Assembly (NCBI RefSeq): GCF_008000775.2 | Contig: NZ_CP042905.2 | Location: 4,110,001-4,142,000, forward strand | From: Promethearchaeum syntrophicum | Lineage (GTDB): Archaea; Asgardarchaeota; Lokiarchaeia; Sigyniarchaeales; Promethearchaeaceae | Reading direction: 5' to 3' | DNA length: 32,000 nucleotides | In this document: one piece after another, positions 1-9,210 of the stretch | Numbering within the stretch: position 1 is the stretch's first letter | Layout of the letters: each line of letters opens with the position of its first letter | The notes under the pieces: generated by a model | What the model saw: the letters and a program-made list of their open reading frames with translations, nothing else | What the model was told of the DNA's origin: nothing | Databases searched by the model: none | Translations under genes and position numbers: made by a program

Positions 1-1
1 A

Positions 2-121
2 ATAGAACAAATAAAAATCTATAAGTTGGGAAATGAAATATATATAAGATTAGAAAATAATGAAGATCTGAATCTAATTAAAGAGATTTCGCATATTATT
101 AATGCTAAAATTGTTATTTAA
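2..121 (+). CDS. Possible C-terminal end of a coding region truncated by the window start
   Basis: Open frame from base 2 to TAA at 119-121: IEQIKIYKLGNEIYIRLENNEDLNLIKEISHIINAKIVI*. No start inside the window. Confidence 0.4.
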   Translation: MEQIKIYKLGNEIYIRLENNEDLNLIKEISHIINAKIVI

Positions 122-209
122 TATATAATAATCTAAACTTCCATGAAAAATGACTGGTCAAATTCAACATCAATTCCTTTATTACGATAATTATCTTTAA
201 TTTATTTAA

Positions 210-986
210 ATGACACTTATTGATGAGTATGCAAATCAGATATTTCCGCTTATCAGGAAATGCAAGAAATGTCGTAGGTTACGATTAAGGAATTTACCTC
301 ATGAGTGTGCTTTGATTGGACAGAATTATGAACATTCACCAATCCGGTTATTGATTATTGGAAAGGCTCCAAATGCAGATAATGACACAAGAGAAGCTAG
401 AGCAAATAATGAACTTCCTAAGGAATATTCTTCATATTCTCAATTTTTAACAGTAGAAGGTCTTCGATTTTCTGAATATGAACCTCTACACCATGCAGAT
501 CACTACTGCACAATTTCAAATATTCTTTCCCAAATAACCAATCAATCTCCTCAATTTTCATTTACCATGGACAATATCACCTTTACAAATCTTACACATT
601 GCTATAACAAAAGTAAAAAGAGGTGGAATGATCAAACTCAGGTAAAAAAAATGATCAAAAAGTGTAAACTGCACTTCTATCATGAATTCGAATTACTTAA
701 ACCTCAATTAGTCATTGGCTTAGGCGAAGAAGCTAGAGAGTGTTTTATAAAACTGGGAAAAAACGAAAGCAATCATTTACTCACGATAGAATATCATGAA
801 AAAATAAGAAATGCAGATTACTATTACACCCTTGATAACACGAGAAAATCATGCTTGTTTATGTCGTTTTACCATCCTTCTTATTTATCAACATATGGTC
901 GTAATAAAAGAGCTGATTATCGGGCAGAATTTGACCAAAAAATATCTGTAATCGTTAATTTTCTTCGAAGAACTTCAACAAGATAA
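210..986 (+). CDS. Uracil-DNA glycosylase superfamily-like protein
   Basis: 258-aa ORF with N-terminal CKKCRRL, RLLIIGKAPN, FTNLTHCYN, ELLKPQLVIGLGEEA and a late SFYHPS motif; this layout resembles family 4/5-type UDGs. Confidence 0.65.
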   Translation: MTLIDEYANQIFPLIRKCKKCRRLRLRNLPHECALIGQNYEHSPIRLLIIGKAPNADNDTREARANNELPKEYSSYSQFLTVEGLRFSEYEPLHHADHYCTISNILSQITNQSPQFSFTMDNITFTNLTHCYNKSKKRWNDQTQVKKMIKKCKLHFYHEFELLKPQLVIGLGEEARECFIKLGKNESNHLLTIEYHEKIRNADYYYTLDNTRKSCLFMSFYHPSYLSTYGRNKRADYRAEFDQKISVIVNFLRRTSTR

Positions 987-1091
987 AATTTCCTTCGTGA
1001 AATACTTAAAATAGGCGTAGCCGGCCGATCTCAATAGAGCGAGTGTTTGGACTGGAAAAGGTTTGTTTCCTTTTGGATCTTGAACAATTTT

Positions 1092-1298
1092 TTAATTTAA
1101 TTCATTCAAAATCTGACTTTCTGGAAAATTATCTATATTATTATTCGAAGTCTCTTCAAATTCGGATTTTTTCCTTGAGAATGTTAAATTTGGGAATTTT
1201 TGATCTATATTCAAATAAGAACGCAATGCATCAATAATTGGATAGTTCTCAGAAATTGAAAGGAAAGTGCCTTCCGAATCTAAATTATTATTTTTCAT
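1092..1298 (-). CDS. Low-confidence small hypothetical ORF
   Basis: 68-aa ORF in otherwise uncoded space, with a competing + strand ORF at 1043-1237. No recognisable domain. Confidence 0.25.
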   Translation of the reverse strand: MKNNNLDSEGTFLSISENYPIIDALRSYLNIDQKFPNLTFSRKKSEFEETSNNNIDNFPESQILNELN

Positions 1299-1397
1299 TC
1301 ATATAAGGGGAGATTTTTTCCATTTTTATCCGCATAGTTCAGATTCTTAGAATCATTCAAAAAAAAAAAATTGGAAAAAAAATACCCTTTCATTAAA

Positions 1398-1565
1398 TTA
1401 CAATTTCTCTAGTTTTCTTTTTGCTCTTTTTGCTTCTTCTTCTAATTCACGTGCTTTTCTACGTAGTTCTCTCTCAGCAGCTTGAATTTTATATCTTTGA
1501 GATCGAAGCTTGCTTTGAGCTGATCTCAATTTGCTCCGATATGATGATGCATTGAAACGTACCAT
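1398..1565 (-). CDS. Small highly basic coiled-coil protein (55 aa), absent from the supplied ORF track
   Basis: Hand-translated ATG at 1565 to TAA at 1398: MVRFNASSYRSKLRSAQSKLRSQRYKIQAAERELRRKARELEEEAKRAKRKLEKL*. Strong helical charge pattern. Confidence 0.5.
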   Translation of the reverse strand: MVRFNASSYRSKLRSAQSKLRSQRYKIQAAERELRRKARELEEEAKRAKRKLEKL

Positions 1566-1836
1566 AATGATAGCTTAGATACAACACAGATATTTAAACC
1601 TCTCCAAATTATCGTCAACCTAGGCCTACATTTCGTTTCAATCCGACAAAATTATTACATTTAATTTAACTTCCAAAAGAAAAAGTATTGGGAATTATCT
1701 GGTCATAGAGGAAATAAGGTTTTCCAAAACATCACTAATCTAAAATGGGGTAGGCTTTTGAATCGTTTAATTGCATAATATTATAATATTATAATTTAAA
1801 TAATAAGAAGAAAAATAAAGAAATTCTCATAAAATT

Positions 1837-2013
1837 CTAATCCAATACCATTCCTTTCTTTGATTTTTTAGTCTTTGAAGATTTCTTGAAAGGTATTTTC
1901 TTTCTTTCCAGAATAAATATCATAAACGCAATATTTGCAGAATAAAAGGAAGTGATTTTCAAAATAAAGAAGTGGTATGGTGCATCTCCGATCCTAGCCA
2001 AAAAAATTGTCAT
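1837..2013 (-). CDS. Small hypothetical membrane protein with lysine-rich tail (58 aa), absent from the supplied ORF track
   Basis: Hand-translated: MTIFLARIGDAPYHFFILKITSFYSANIAFMIFILERKKIPFKKSSKTKKSKKGMVLD*. Confidence 0.35.
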   Translation of the reverse strand: MTIFLARIGDAPYHFFILKITSFYSANIAFMIFILERKKIPFKKSSKTKKSKKGMVLD

Positions 2014-2197
2014 TACCTGTTACAAATCGTAAATCCTGAAAGAATAAATAAATTAAAGAATAAATGAACCAAAATGAATTAGTATTGAAATAGAATTGTG
2101 AATTTTTCTAAATGAACTTTACAATCCTTATAAGAACAATAAATTATGATATATTAATAGATATCTGCATCAAATTAGAAAAAGTCTGATAAAAAAC

Positions 2198-2776
2198 ATG
2201 ACAAATCGGGATTATGAAGAAAATTATTGTCATTCTTGTAGACAAGTGTGGAAAATCACATTGAATTATCCCCTATGTGACATGTATTTTAAACAAAATG
2301 GAAAACATTGTAATTGCATAAGGTGTAGAGAAGAAGGATTTCATGCTCATCAACGAGGACAAGCTAAAAGAGATGCAAATTTAACCAATGTTGAATTGCT
2401 TACGTTAGAATATGAAGCTTCTGGTGGTCAAGAAATATTCCTTTCATATGAAAACACTGAAGAAAATTATTTAGTTGGATTTTTACGATTAAGATTTCCA
2501 TCAAAACTTGCTCATCGCTCTGAAATAAAAAGTAAAAAAACTGCTATTGTAAGAGAAGTGAGAGTTGTTGGGGAAATTGTTAAACATCAAAGTACTCCTA
2601 AAGCACGACAAATTCAACATCGAGGATATGGAAAAGCGCTTATGAAAAAAGCGGAAGACATTTCTAGAAGTAAAGGATGCACAAAATTATTAGTAATAGC
2701 AGGTTTAGGAGTAAGACCTTATTTTTATGACCTTGGATACCAAGTAGATGGCCCTTATGTTTCAAAACAACTCTGA
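2198..2776 (+). CDS. Stand-alone Elp3 C-terminal-like protein (CIRCRE motif plus GNAT/KAT domain) without the radical SAM domain
   Basis: NCIRCREEG, LLTLEYEASGGQEIFLSYENTEENYLVGFLRLR, VREVRVVGEIV, QHRGYGKALMKKAEDISRSKG, VIAGLGVRPYFYDLGYQVDGPYVSKQL match the Elp3 KAT region. In-frame TGA at 2147-2149 upstream, so no N-terminal radical SAM part in this frame. Confidence 0.85.
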   Translation: MTNRDYEENYCHSCRQVWKITLNYPLCDMYFKQNGKHCNCIRCREEGFHAHQRGQAKRDANLTNVELLTLEYEASGGQEIFLSYENTEENYLVGFLRLRFPSKLAHRSEIKSKKTAIVREVRVVGEIVKHQSTPKARQIQHRGYGKALMKKAEDISRSKGCTKLLVIAGLGVRPYFYDLGYQVDGPYVSKQL

Positions 2777-2779
2777 AAA

Positions 2780-3406
2780 TTACATTAGAGATGCAAATTT
2801 TTGTAAAAATTCTATTCCTTGTTTCTTTACATCTTCCCTAGCTGAAGTTTCAGGATGAAATTGAACACCGTAAATTGGGCGGTTTTTATGTTTTATTGCT
2901 TGAATTTTACATTCTTCACTCGAAGCATATAAATCAAATATCTCTTCGAACCCCTCTGCAAATTTGATCTCTTGTTTGTGATTTTCATGCACGTTCATAC
3001 TTTTATATTCTAAGAGTGGGGGATTAAAATCCAAAGAGATAATTTTATCGGATTCAGAATCAATTGAATCTAAATAATCTATTTTAAATCCAAATAAATG
3101 GCCAATCAAATGATGCCCAAAGCAAATTCCTAAAAGTGGTTTATTAAACTCTTGAATTAATCTAAGGACATTCTCCATTTTCTTTTGATCTTCAATAGTG
3201 CTTAAATACAATCTTGAGCCAGATAAGATTATTCCATCTGATTTTAATACGTTTTCATAAATATCTTTGTTTTTTAAATCAGTAAAGTGAATAAACTCAT
3301 ATTTCAACCATTTTAAAGCATTAAAAGCCAAAATTATGCTATTTTTCCTATAACTTGGTATGTCATCTTTGTAGTTATTTATTATGACCAATTTTTTCAT
3401 TTTCAT
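2780..3406 (-). CDS. Class I glutamine amidotransferase (GMP synthase GATase-like)
   Basis: GICFGHHLIGHLFG nucleophile-elbow motif and YGVQFHPETSARE His/Glu motif. 3' ends are 3 nt from the Elp3-like gene. Confidence 0.85.
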   Translation of the reverse strand: MKMKKLVIINNYKDDIPSYRKNSIILAFNALKWLKYEFIHFTDLKNKDIYENVLKSDGIILSGSRLYLSTIEDQKKMENVLRLIQEFNKPLLGICFGHHLIGHLFGFKIDYLDSIDSESDKIISLDFNPPLLEYKSMNVHENHKQEIKFAEGFEEIFDLYASSEECKIQAIKHKNRPIYGVQFHPETSAREDVKKQGIEFLQKFASLM

Positions 3407-3445
3407 ATATGTTCAAATATTATCCATTTTTAATTAAATCTCATA

Positions 3446-3628
3446 ATGAGCGAGTTAAAACACAAGCGATTAATTGAAACTTTTTTTCCTTCAAATATTA
3501 TAAAACCAGTTGCATTAAGAGAAAAGAAGGATCGACCACCAATTTTCGCATTACATTATTATTGGATACGTAAACCATTGGCGGTAATAAGAACCTTTCG
3601 TGGATTATTTATATTAATTTGTTCCTGA
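3446..3628 (+). pseudogene. Truncated 5' copy of the DUF1156-type DNA methylase at 5625-7739
   Basis: First 49 aa match the methylase N-terminus at 39/49 positions (RLIETFFPSN..., RPPIFALHYYW.RKPLAVIR). Homology then stops and the frame ends. Confidence 0.85.
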
Positions 3629-3740
3629 TTTTAGGAGTATTTTCCGATTATTAAAAATTAAGAAATGGAAAAAAAATTATTTATACAACATTGTACTACA
3701 AATTTTTCTCGGTCTAAGAATATTTATTTGTTTGTTTTAC

Positions 3741-5435
3741 CTACAGGTTTTTGATTTTGACAATATTTACTATGGATTTATTCTGTTTTTTAATAATAAT
3801 CGCTGAGATAAGTCCTATTACACCAATTAATAAAACCAAATTATATCCTGAGATCAGTACTGAATCTTTCTTTATAATCTCAAAATAGTTGCTATAATCG
3901 TAGATGGCAGGATTTACTGAATCAGAAATTTTAATTTGATAGAGAGTAGAATTTTCTAAACTGGAAGGTATTGCCCAGGAAAAATAACCATTATTAGATG
4001 CGGTTGCTGCTATTTCCATAACAAATACGTCATTTTCATATAGTTCAATTATTACATTCGAGATACTTCCAATTGATGTCCAAGTTATGGTATAGTTATT
4101 ATTTATTTGCCACGTACTGCTTGAAGTTGGATTGGTCACTGTTAACTCCAATAATTTGTATTTTATTAGGACCATATCACTTCCTCCGGAACCAAAACTA
4201 TCTGTATATCCTGTGATATAAATGTTATTTGAAGGATCAAATTTAATCTCCATTGCAACATCTATTTCACTTCCTCCCCAGGTTGCATTCCATTGCTGCT
4301 CACCTAAGTTGTCATATTTCACAAAAACCATATCCATCTCTCTAGCACCAGAACTGTTTGTTTTTCCCGCAAGATAAATATTATCTGAGGGATTAATAGC
4401 AATTCCTTGTCCCGAATCTTCACCACTTCCACCCCATGTTGCGTTCCACTGTTGAAATCCCGAGCTATTATATTTTATAAGAACTATATCTGATATCATT
4501 GGGTTGAATGGACTAAATAATGGGAAATTTGCAGCTCCCGTAATGTAAACGTTATTTAAAGAGTCCAAACCTATACTATATCCAAGATCATGATTAGCTC
4601 CTCCCCAAGTTGTGTTCCATTGCTGTTCTCCCAAACTATTATATTTAACAAGAACTATATCATTATTTCCAGCACCAAAACTCGTTGTCCAACCCACCAC
4701 ATAAATATTATCAAAGGGATCGACTATAATCTCATTACCCGTATCACTAAGATTCCCACCCCAAGTAGTGTTCCATTGCTGCTCTCCTAAATAATTATAT
4801 TTCACAATGACCATATCCCCACCTTCCGCACCAAAATTCCATGTTCTTCCCGTAAGATAAATATTATTTGAAGAATCTACTGCAATGTTTGAACATATAT
4901 CCGAATTAATTCCTCCCCATGTTGTATTCCATTGCTGTTCTCCCAAATTATTATATTTTACAAGAACCATATCAAAATCCATACTTCCATGTCCAAAACT
5001 CCTTGTCATTCCCCCCAGATAGATATCTTCTGAAGAATCCAATGCAACTGCTAATCCGCTATCCATATCGCTTCCGCCCCAAGTTGTGTTCCATTGTTGT
5101 TCTCCTAAACTGTTATATTTCACAAGAACCATATCTAAATCTCCAGCACCAGAACTATTTGTAAATCCCGAAAGATAAATATTGTTGGATGAATCTAATT
5201 CCATATCTGAAGCCCTATCCCTTCCATTTCCTCCCCATGTTATATTCCACAGTTGTTCAATGGGATAAATTGTAGAATCTTGATACCCTTTGATTGGAGT
5301 ATTTATTCTGTCTTGTTTATAATAGAAATTTGAACTTCCGACTATTAAGAAACTTAGAAATAGAATATAAACTATGCATATTAACATTATATTACTAACT
5401 TTTTTTCGTCTTAGATTTTTGATTTTTTTCTTCAT
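3741..5435 (-). CDS. Membrane-anchored SBBP-type seven-bladed beta-propeller protein with C-terminal Ig-like domain and TM helix
   Basis: N-terminal hydrophobic signal (IMLICIVYILFLSFLIVGSS), seven ~50-57 aa repeats (QQWNTTWGG...D....I..DSSNNIYLTG.T.SFGAG..DMVLVKYNSLGE), then PTSSSTWQINNNYTITWTS... domain and TM (LVLLIGVIGLISAIII). Confidence 0.9.
   Translation of the reverse strand: MKKKIKNLRRKKVSNIMLICIVYILFLSFLIVGSSNFYYKQDRINTPIKGYQDSTIYPIEQLWNITWGGNGRDRASDMELDSSNNIYLSGFTNSSGAGDLDMVLVKYNSLGEQQWNTTWGGSDMDSGLAVALDSSEDIYLGGMTRSFGHGSMDFDMVLVKYNNLGEQQWNTTWGGINSDICSNIAVDSSNNIYLTGRTWNFGAEGGDMVIVKYNYLGEQQWNTTWGGNLSDTGNEIIVDPFDNIYVVGWTTSFGAGNNDIVLVKYNSLGEQQWNTTWGGANHDLGYSIGLDSLNNVYITGAANFPLFSPFNPMISDIVLIKYNSSGFQQWNATWGGSGEDSGQGIAINPSDNIYLAGKTNSSGAREMDMVFVKYDNLGEQQWNATWGGSEIDVAMEIKFDPSNNIYITGYTDSFGSGGSDMVLIKYKLLELTVTNPTSSSTWQINNNYTITWTSIGSISNVIIELYENDVFVMEIAATASNNGYFSWAIPSSLENSTLYQIKISDSVNPAIYDYSNYFEIIKKDSVLISGYNLVLLIGVIGLISAIIIKKQNKSIVNIVKIKNL
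4146..5255 (-). repeat. Seven tandem propeller-blade coding repeats, period about 150-170 nt
   Basis: Seven copies of WN(T/A/I)TWGG...KY(N/D/K).LGE counted in the translated ORF; DNA also visibly periodic (cccaagttgtgttccattgttgttctcc). Confidence 0.9.
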
Positions 5436-5624
5436 TTTTTTTTTACCTTCAATTATTTCATTTTAGCAAATTTTCTTCATTTTTGTTTTAAATCTAATCT
5501 TCAATTTAACAATTTTAAATTTGGTTTATTTAAATCTTTGTAAATCTTGTTACATATTGGTACAAAGTACCACTTTTTTCATTTTGGCATATTTAAAATA
5601 TAACCCATTTTATTAAATCTCATA

Positions 5625-7739
5625 GTGTACGAACGCAAAAAACAGAGGCTAATTGAAACTTTTTTTCCGTCAAATTTAATTAACCCAATTGCCATAAGAG
5701 AAAAAAAAGGGCGCCCTCCAATTTTTGCACTGCACTATTATTGGACTCGAAAGCCTTTAGCAGTCATAAGGCCAATTTTACTTGCAAGTATTCTACCTTC
5801 ATCATTTAATCATGATGAATATCTTAAATTATGTGGAATTTCTTCAAATGTTGATGAACAAGAAGCAATATACAAAATTACTCCGAGTAAAGAAGATTTA
5901 GAACTATTAAAAAATAAAACAGATTTCGATTTATCACAGTTTCTTCTTATGGATCCTTTTGGGGGAGGTGGATCTATTCCCTTTGAAGCTTTAAGATATG
6001 ATTTAAATGTAATCGTAAATGAATATAATCCTTTAGCATGGTTAATATTGAACGCAACTTTGAAATACCCGAATCTTCTTCCAGATAAATTTTTTGAAGA
6101 TTTTGATATGTATTTTAATACAATATTTCAACAATTAAAAGAAGAATTTGGTGATCTTTTTCCTGATTTTGATGAAGAAAAAGTCGGAGCGTATATTTAT
6201 TGTTGGAAAGTGATATGTCCATATTGCGAAAGAGAAACACCATTAATTTCCAATTGGAATTTATCTTCTAAAAAGAATTTGCAGAAATCTTTGGAACCTA
6301 TAATTAAAAACAATCAAATTTCTTATAAAATTAAAGATTATTTATCAAAAACAAATGCAACCTGCAAAAAAGCAGTAGGAATATGCATATTTTGTAAGAA
6401 AAAAATTGATAATTCCGAAATTATAAAGCAATTAAATCAAAACTCTAAAGAACAATTGTTATCAGTAATTTCGATCAAAAATACAAAAGGCAAGGCTTAT
6501 TATATTCCAAGAAATAAAGATTTCTATGCTATTCAGAAAGCAAAAGAGATTTTTAATCGTAAGAAAGATGGTTTTATTTCTAAAGGAATTCTACCTGATG
6601 AAAATATGGAAATGCACACAATTAGAGCAGCCAAATATCTAATCAAATGGCAAAATTTGTTCAACTCACGGCAATTACTGGTCATTTGTCAATTTGCAGA
6701 ACTAATTAAGGAATTAAGTGAAAAATTAATTGAGGAAAAAGGAAAAAAATATACAGAGATTGTTACAGTTTATTTGAGTTTTCTTTTGGGAAAATTTATC
6801 AATAGAAATAGTCGTTTATCAACATGGGATCGCCCGGGAGAAAAAATAATGCATGCCTGTTCGAATAAGTTAAATGCTTTACAATGGGATCATAGTGAAA
6901 TCAACCCTTTTGCCCATGTTTCTGGATCTCTTCAATATGGGTATAGAGATGTTGTAAAAGCTATAAAATTTGCACATAACAATTTAAAGACACATCCTCT
7001 CGAAATTTTAAATTTTGATTTCCTTTCCTTACAGAAAAAATCCTTCAAATCATCTAAATCACATAATGTCCAACTGATAATTACAGATCCTCCTTATTTT
7101 GATGACGCCCCCTATTCTGAATTAAGTGAATTCTTCTATGTTTGGTATAGTAGATTGTTAAAGAACATTTTTACTGAAAACCCAAATTTCAAATCTTTTC
7201 AAACACCAAAGAAAGCGGATATTTCTGTTTCACATACACGAAATGCAGTTGATTTTGATAAAAAATTTATAATGATGTGCAAGCAATTTCATTCTTTTTT
7301 AACTGAAGATGGTCTTCTGGTAATGTTTTTTGCTCATCCCAAATTAAAAACTTGGAAAACGGTATTTGATGCACTCATACAAGCAAAATTTCATGTTACG
7401 GCTACCTGGCCCGTAACTACAGAATCGAAAGGGCTCGCAAATGTAAAAAAAAAGGGTTCTTTGCTCTCTTCTTTAATAATTGTTGCTAGAAAAATAACTT
7501 CTAAGCAGTCATTTGATGCATTTGATTCATCTTGGGATAATTTTGAAGGATTATTTATTGAAAAATCTTTTCTAAAACTAAAAAAACTGGTAAAAGAAGG
7601 TATCCAACAATCAGACTTAAATATTGTTGCACTTGGAATTGCGTTAGAAATACTAACAAATCCACAGATGGATTTTTCTTCAATTAGTATTGAAAAGGCG
7701 ATTTTACTGACTGAAAAAACTGTTAAATTAATTTTTTAA
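5625..7739 (+). CDS. DUF1156 / COG1743-type adenine-specific DNA methylase with Zn-ribbon insertion
   Basis: GTG start. N-term RLIETFFPSNLINPIAIREKKGRPPIFALHYYWTRKPLAVIRPILLAS; SAM-binding DPFGGGGSIPFEALRYDLNVIVNEYNPLAW; CPYC...CIFC; LIITDPPYFDDAPYSELSEFFYVWYSRLL. Confidence 0.9.
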   Translation: MYERKKQRLIETFFPSNLINPIAIREKKGRPPIFALHYYWTRKPLAVIRPILLASILPSSFNHDEYLKLCGISSNVDEQEAIYKITPSKEDLELLKNKTDFDLSQFLLMDPFGGGGSIPFEALRYDLNVIVNEYNPLAWLILNATLKYPNLLPDKFFEDFDMYFNTIFQQLKEEFGDLFPDFDEEKVGAYIYCWKVICPYCERETPLISNWNLSSKKNLQKSLEPIIKNNQISYKIKDYLSKTNATCKKAVGICIFCKKKIDNSEIIKQLNQNSKEQLLSVISIKNTKGKAYYIPRNKDFYAIQKAKEIFNRKKDGFISKGILPDENMEMHTIRAAKYLIKWQNLFNSRQLLVICQFAELIKELSEKLIEEKGKKYTEIVTVYLSFLLGKFINRNSRLSTWDRPGEKIMHACSNKLNALQWDHSEINPFAHVSGSLQYGYRDVVKAIKFAHNNLKTHPLEILNFDFLSLQKKSFKSSKSHNVQLIITDPPYFDDAPYSELSEFFYVWYSRLLKNIFTENPNFKSFQTPKKADISVSHTRNAVDFDKKFIMMCKQFHSFLTEDGLLVMFFAHPKLKTWKTVFDALIQAKFHVTATWPVTTESKGLANVKKKGSLLSSLIIVARKITSKQSFDAFDSSWDNFEGLFIEKSFLKLKKLVKEGIQQSDLNIVALGIALEILTNPQMDFSSISIEKAILLTEKTVKLIF

Positions 7740-7835
7740 GAAGTGCAAAAATGTTTTATTATTAAAAAACTATAGATTAAAAGGGTACTTTTACGACATT
7801 AATGATTAGTATGATAAGATTATCTGTTTTTTCGA

Positions 7836-8555
7836 TTGAATTCGGGTGAAATCATGGAAAACCAAAAAATAATTGATAGTATGGAATATACGTACAAACA
7901 GAAGAAAAACAAGATTAATTTCTATCAAAATAGAATAAATATTCCAGAAAATTTAATTATGCAGGTACATAAGACCAAAAGAAACTTCTTTTTAAAAAAT
8001 AAGATAATTCTTCTCGAATCCAATAGATATTTTATAAATTTTTCTGGAGAATATGAATTACAATTAAAGATTCGTAAAAACCTGTTAAAAGGAACTTATG
8101 AAGTCATCATAGCAATCGATTATGAGTTTTATTACACTAAGGTTGTCACATTTAAAAATTTGGAACACAGAAAATATGAGCAATTACTCCAATTGTTTAG
8201 AAAATCAAATATTTTTAACGAATTAATATTGAAAGATTTTGAAGATGGTGCAAATAAGTACGTAGAATCGATGTTTAATTCAAGTGTAGTTTTTTGGTCA
8301 TTTTTTTCATTATTTCCTTTGGTGGCGTTTAACTTAGTCTTATTTATTGAATTTAGAGAAACCTATGGCCCTCTGGTTACATTCTATTTGATTTTTACTG
8401 TATTAGATACAATATTTAATTTTATCATTGCAATTATAAAAATTGACAAAGAAGATACAATCAAACAAAGAAATCTCCTTTTTTCCTATAATTTCATAGG
8501 TTTCTTTTATATAGTTGTTAACATCATTATTATTACTTATTTGTTTACTAGATAA
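7836..8555 (+). CDS. Hypothetical protein with C-terminal transmembrane helices
   Basis: 239-aa ORF with three hydrophobic C-terminal segments; alternative ATG at 7854. Confidence 0.65.
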   Translation: MNSGEIMENQKIIDSMEYTYKQKKNKINFYQNRINIPENLIMQVHKTKRNFFLKNKIILLESNRYFINFSGEYELQLKIRKNLLKGTYEVIIAIDYEFYYTKVVTFKNLEHRKYEQLLQLFRKSNIFNELILKDFEDGANKYVESMFNSSVVFWSFFSLFPLVAFNLVLFIEFRETYGPLVTFYLIFTVLDTIFNFIIAIIKIDKEDTIKQRNLLFSYNFIGFFYIVVNIIIITYLFTR

Positions 8556-8633
8556 AATTGGAGAAAAAGTGTGATCGAGGGAGAATTTAATTCAGAGCAT
8601 TCTTAAAGGTGAAAAAAAGTTAGAAATGTGGAC

Positions 8634-8852
8634 TTATAACACTTTTTTTACTTGAATCTGTTTATCTCCTTTTTTATCTTTCTCAACGAAGAAAAAAATA
8701 ATTCCGATGAAAAGGAGGACCACTGCAAAAAACAGAAAAAATTTGTAAACAGCAAGAGTAGGTAACGGGAGCCAATCAACTCGCTCGATCACCAGATCTG
8801 GAAAGAAGTTAAAGATTAATATACTGATAAGACAATAAATTCCTCCACCCAC
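8634..8852 (-). CDS. Small hypothetical two-TM protein
   Basis: 72-aa ORF from a GTG start (IYCLISILIFNFF, YKFFLFFAVVLLFIGIIFFFV). Confidence 0.4.
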   Translation of the reverse strand: MGGGIYCLISILIFNFFPDLVIERVDWLPLPTLAVYKFFLFFAVVLLFIGIIFFFVEKDKKGDKQIQVKKVL

Positions 8853-9210
8853 GATATAGATTGCACCAGTAGAAAAATTTTTTTGAAGTTTTGAGAAAAA
8901 ACGCTGTTAAAATTTTCCCAATTCAATTATCTCCTTATGTAAATAACCATTATTGAGCTTAATAGCACAAAAAGGATATTTAAATATTGGCGAATCTATT
9001 GCGAGAATGTAGTTGTGGTTATGGAAAATGAAATGATATTTATTATATTTTTATTTAGAAGGAAATTTGAAAAGTAGAAAAAATGAAATGACATCTTCGG
9101 GAACAAAATAATCTAAAACATTTTTGATATATATTCAAAATGATATTATAAAACTAATATTTTATATTTTTCTTACGACTTTATAAATTTTGAATTGTTA
9201 TTTTAATTGA

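Noticed and set aside
1043-1237. Plus-strand 64-aa ORF.
   Set aside because: Leu/Phe/Tyr-rich AT-driven sequence overlapping another ORF; no domain.
4590-5164. Plus-strand ORFs 4590-4790 and 4919-5164.
   Set aside because: Antisense shadows of the propeller repeats; their repetitive Pro/Ser/Tyr peptides are frame artefacts.
4146-5255. Periodic DNA repeats that could be mistaken for a CRISPR or satellite array.
   Set aside because: Period and variation follow protein blade repeats in one intact ORF; units are ~150-170 nt and degenerate.
5625-8555. A full restriction-modification or DISARM/BREX-like defence system around the methylase.
   Set aside because: No nuclease, helicase, PglZ, BrxC or DUF499-like gene is recognisable nearby, so only an orphan methylase is claimed.
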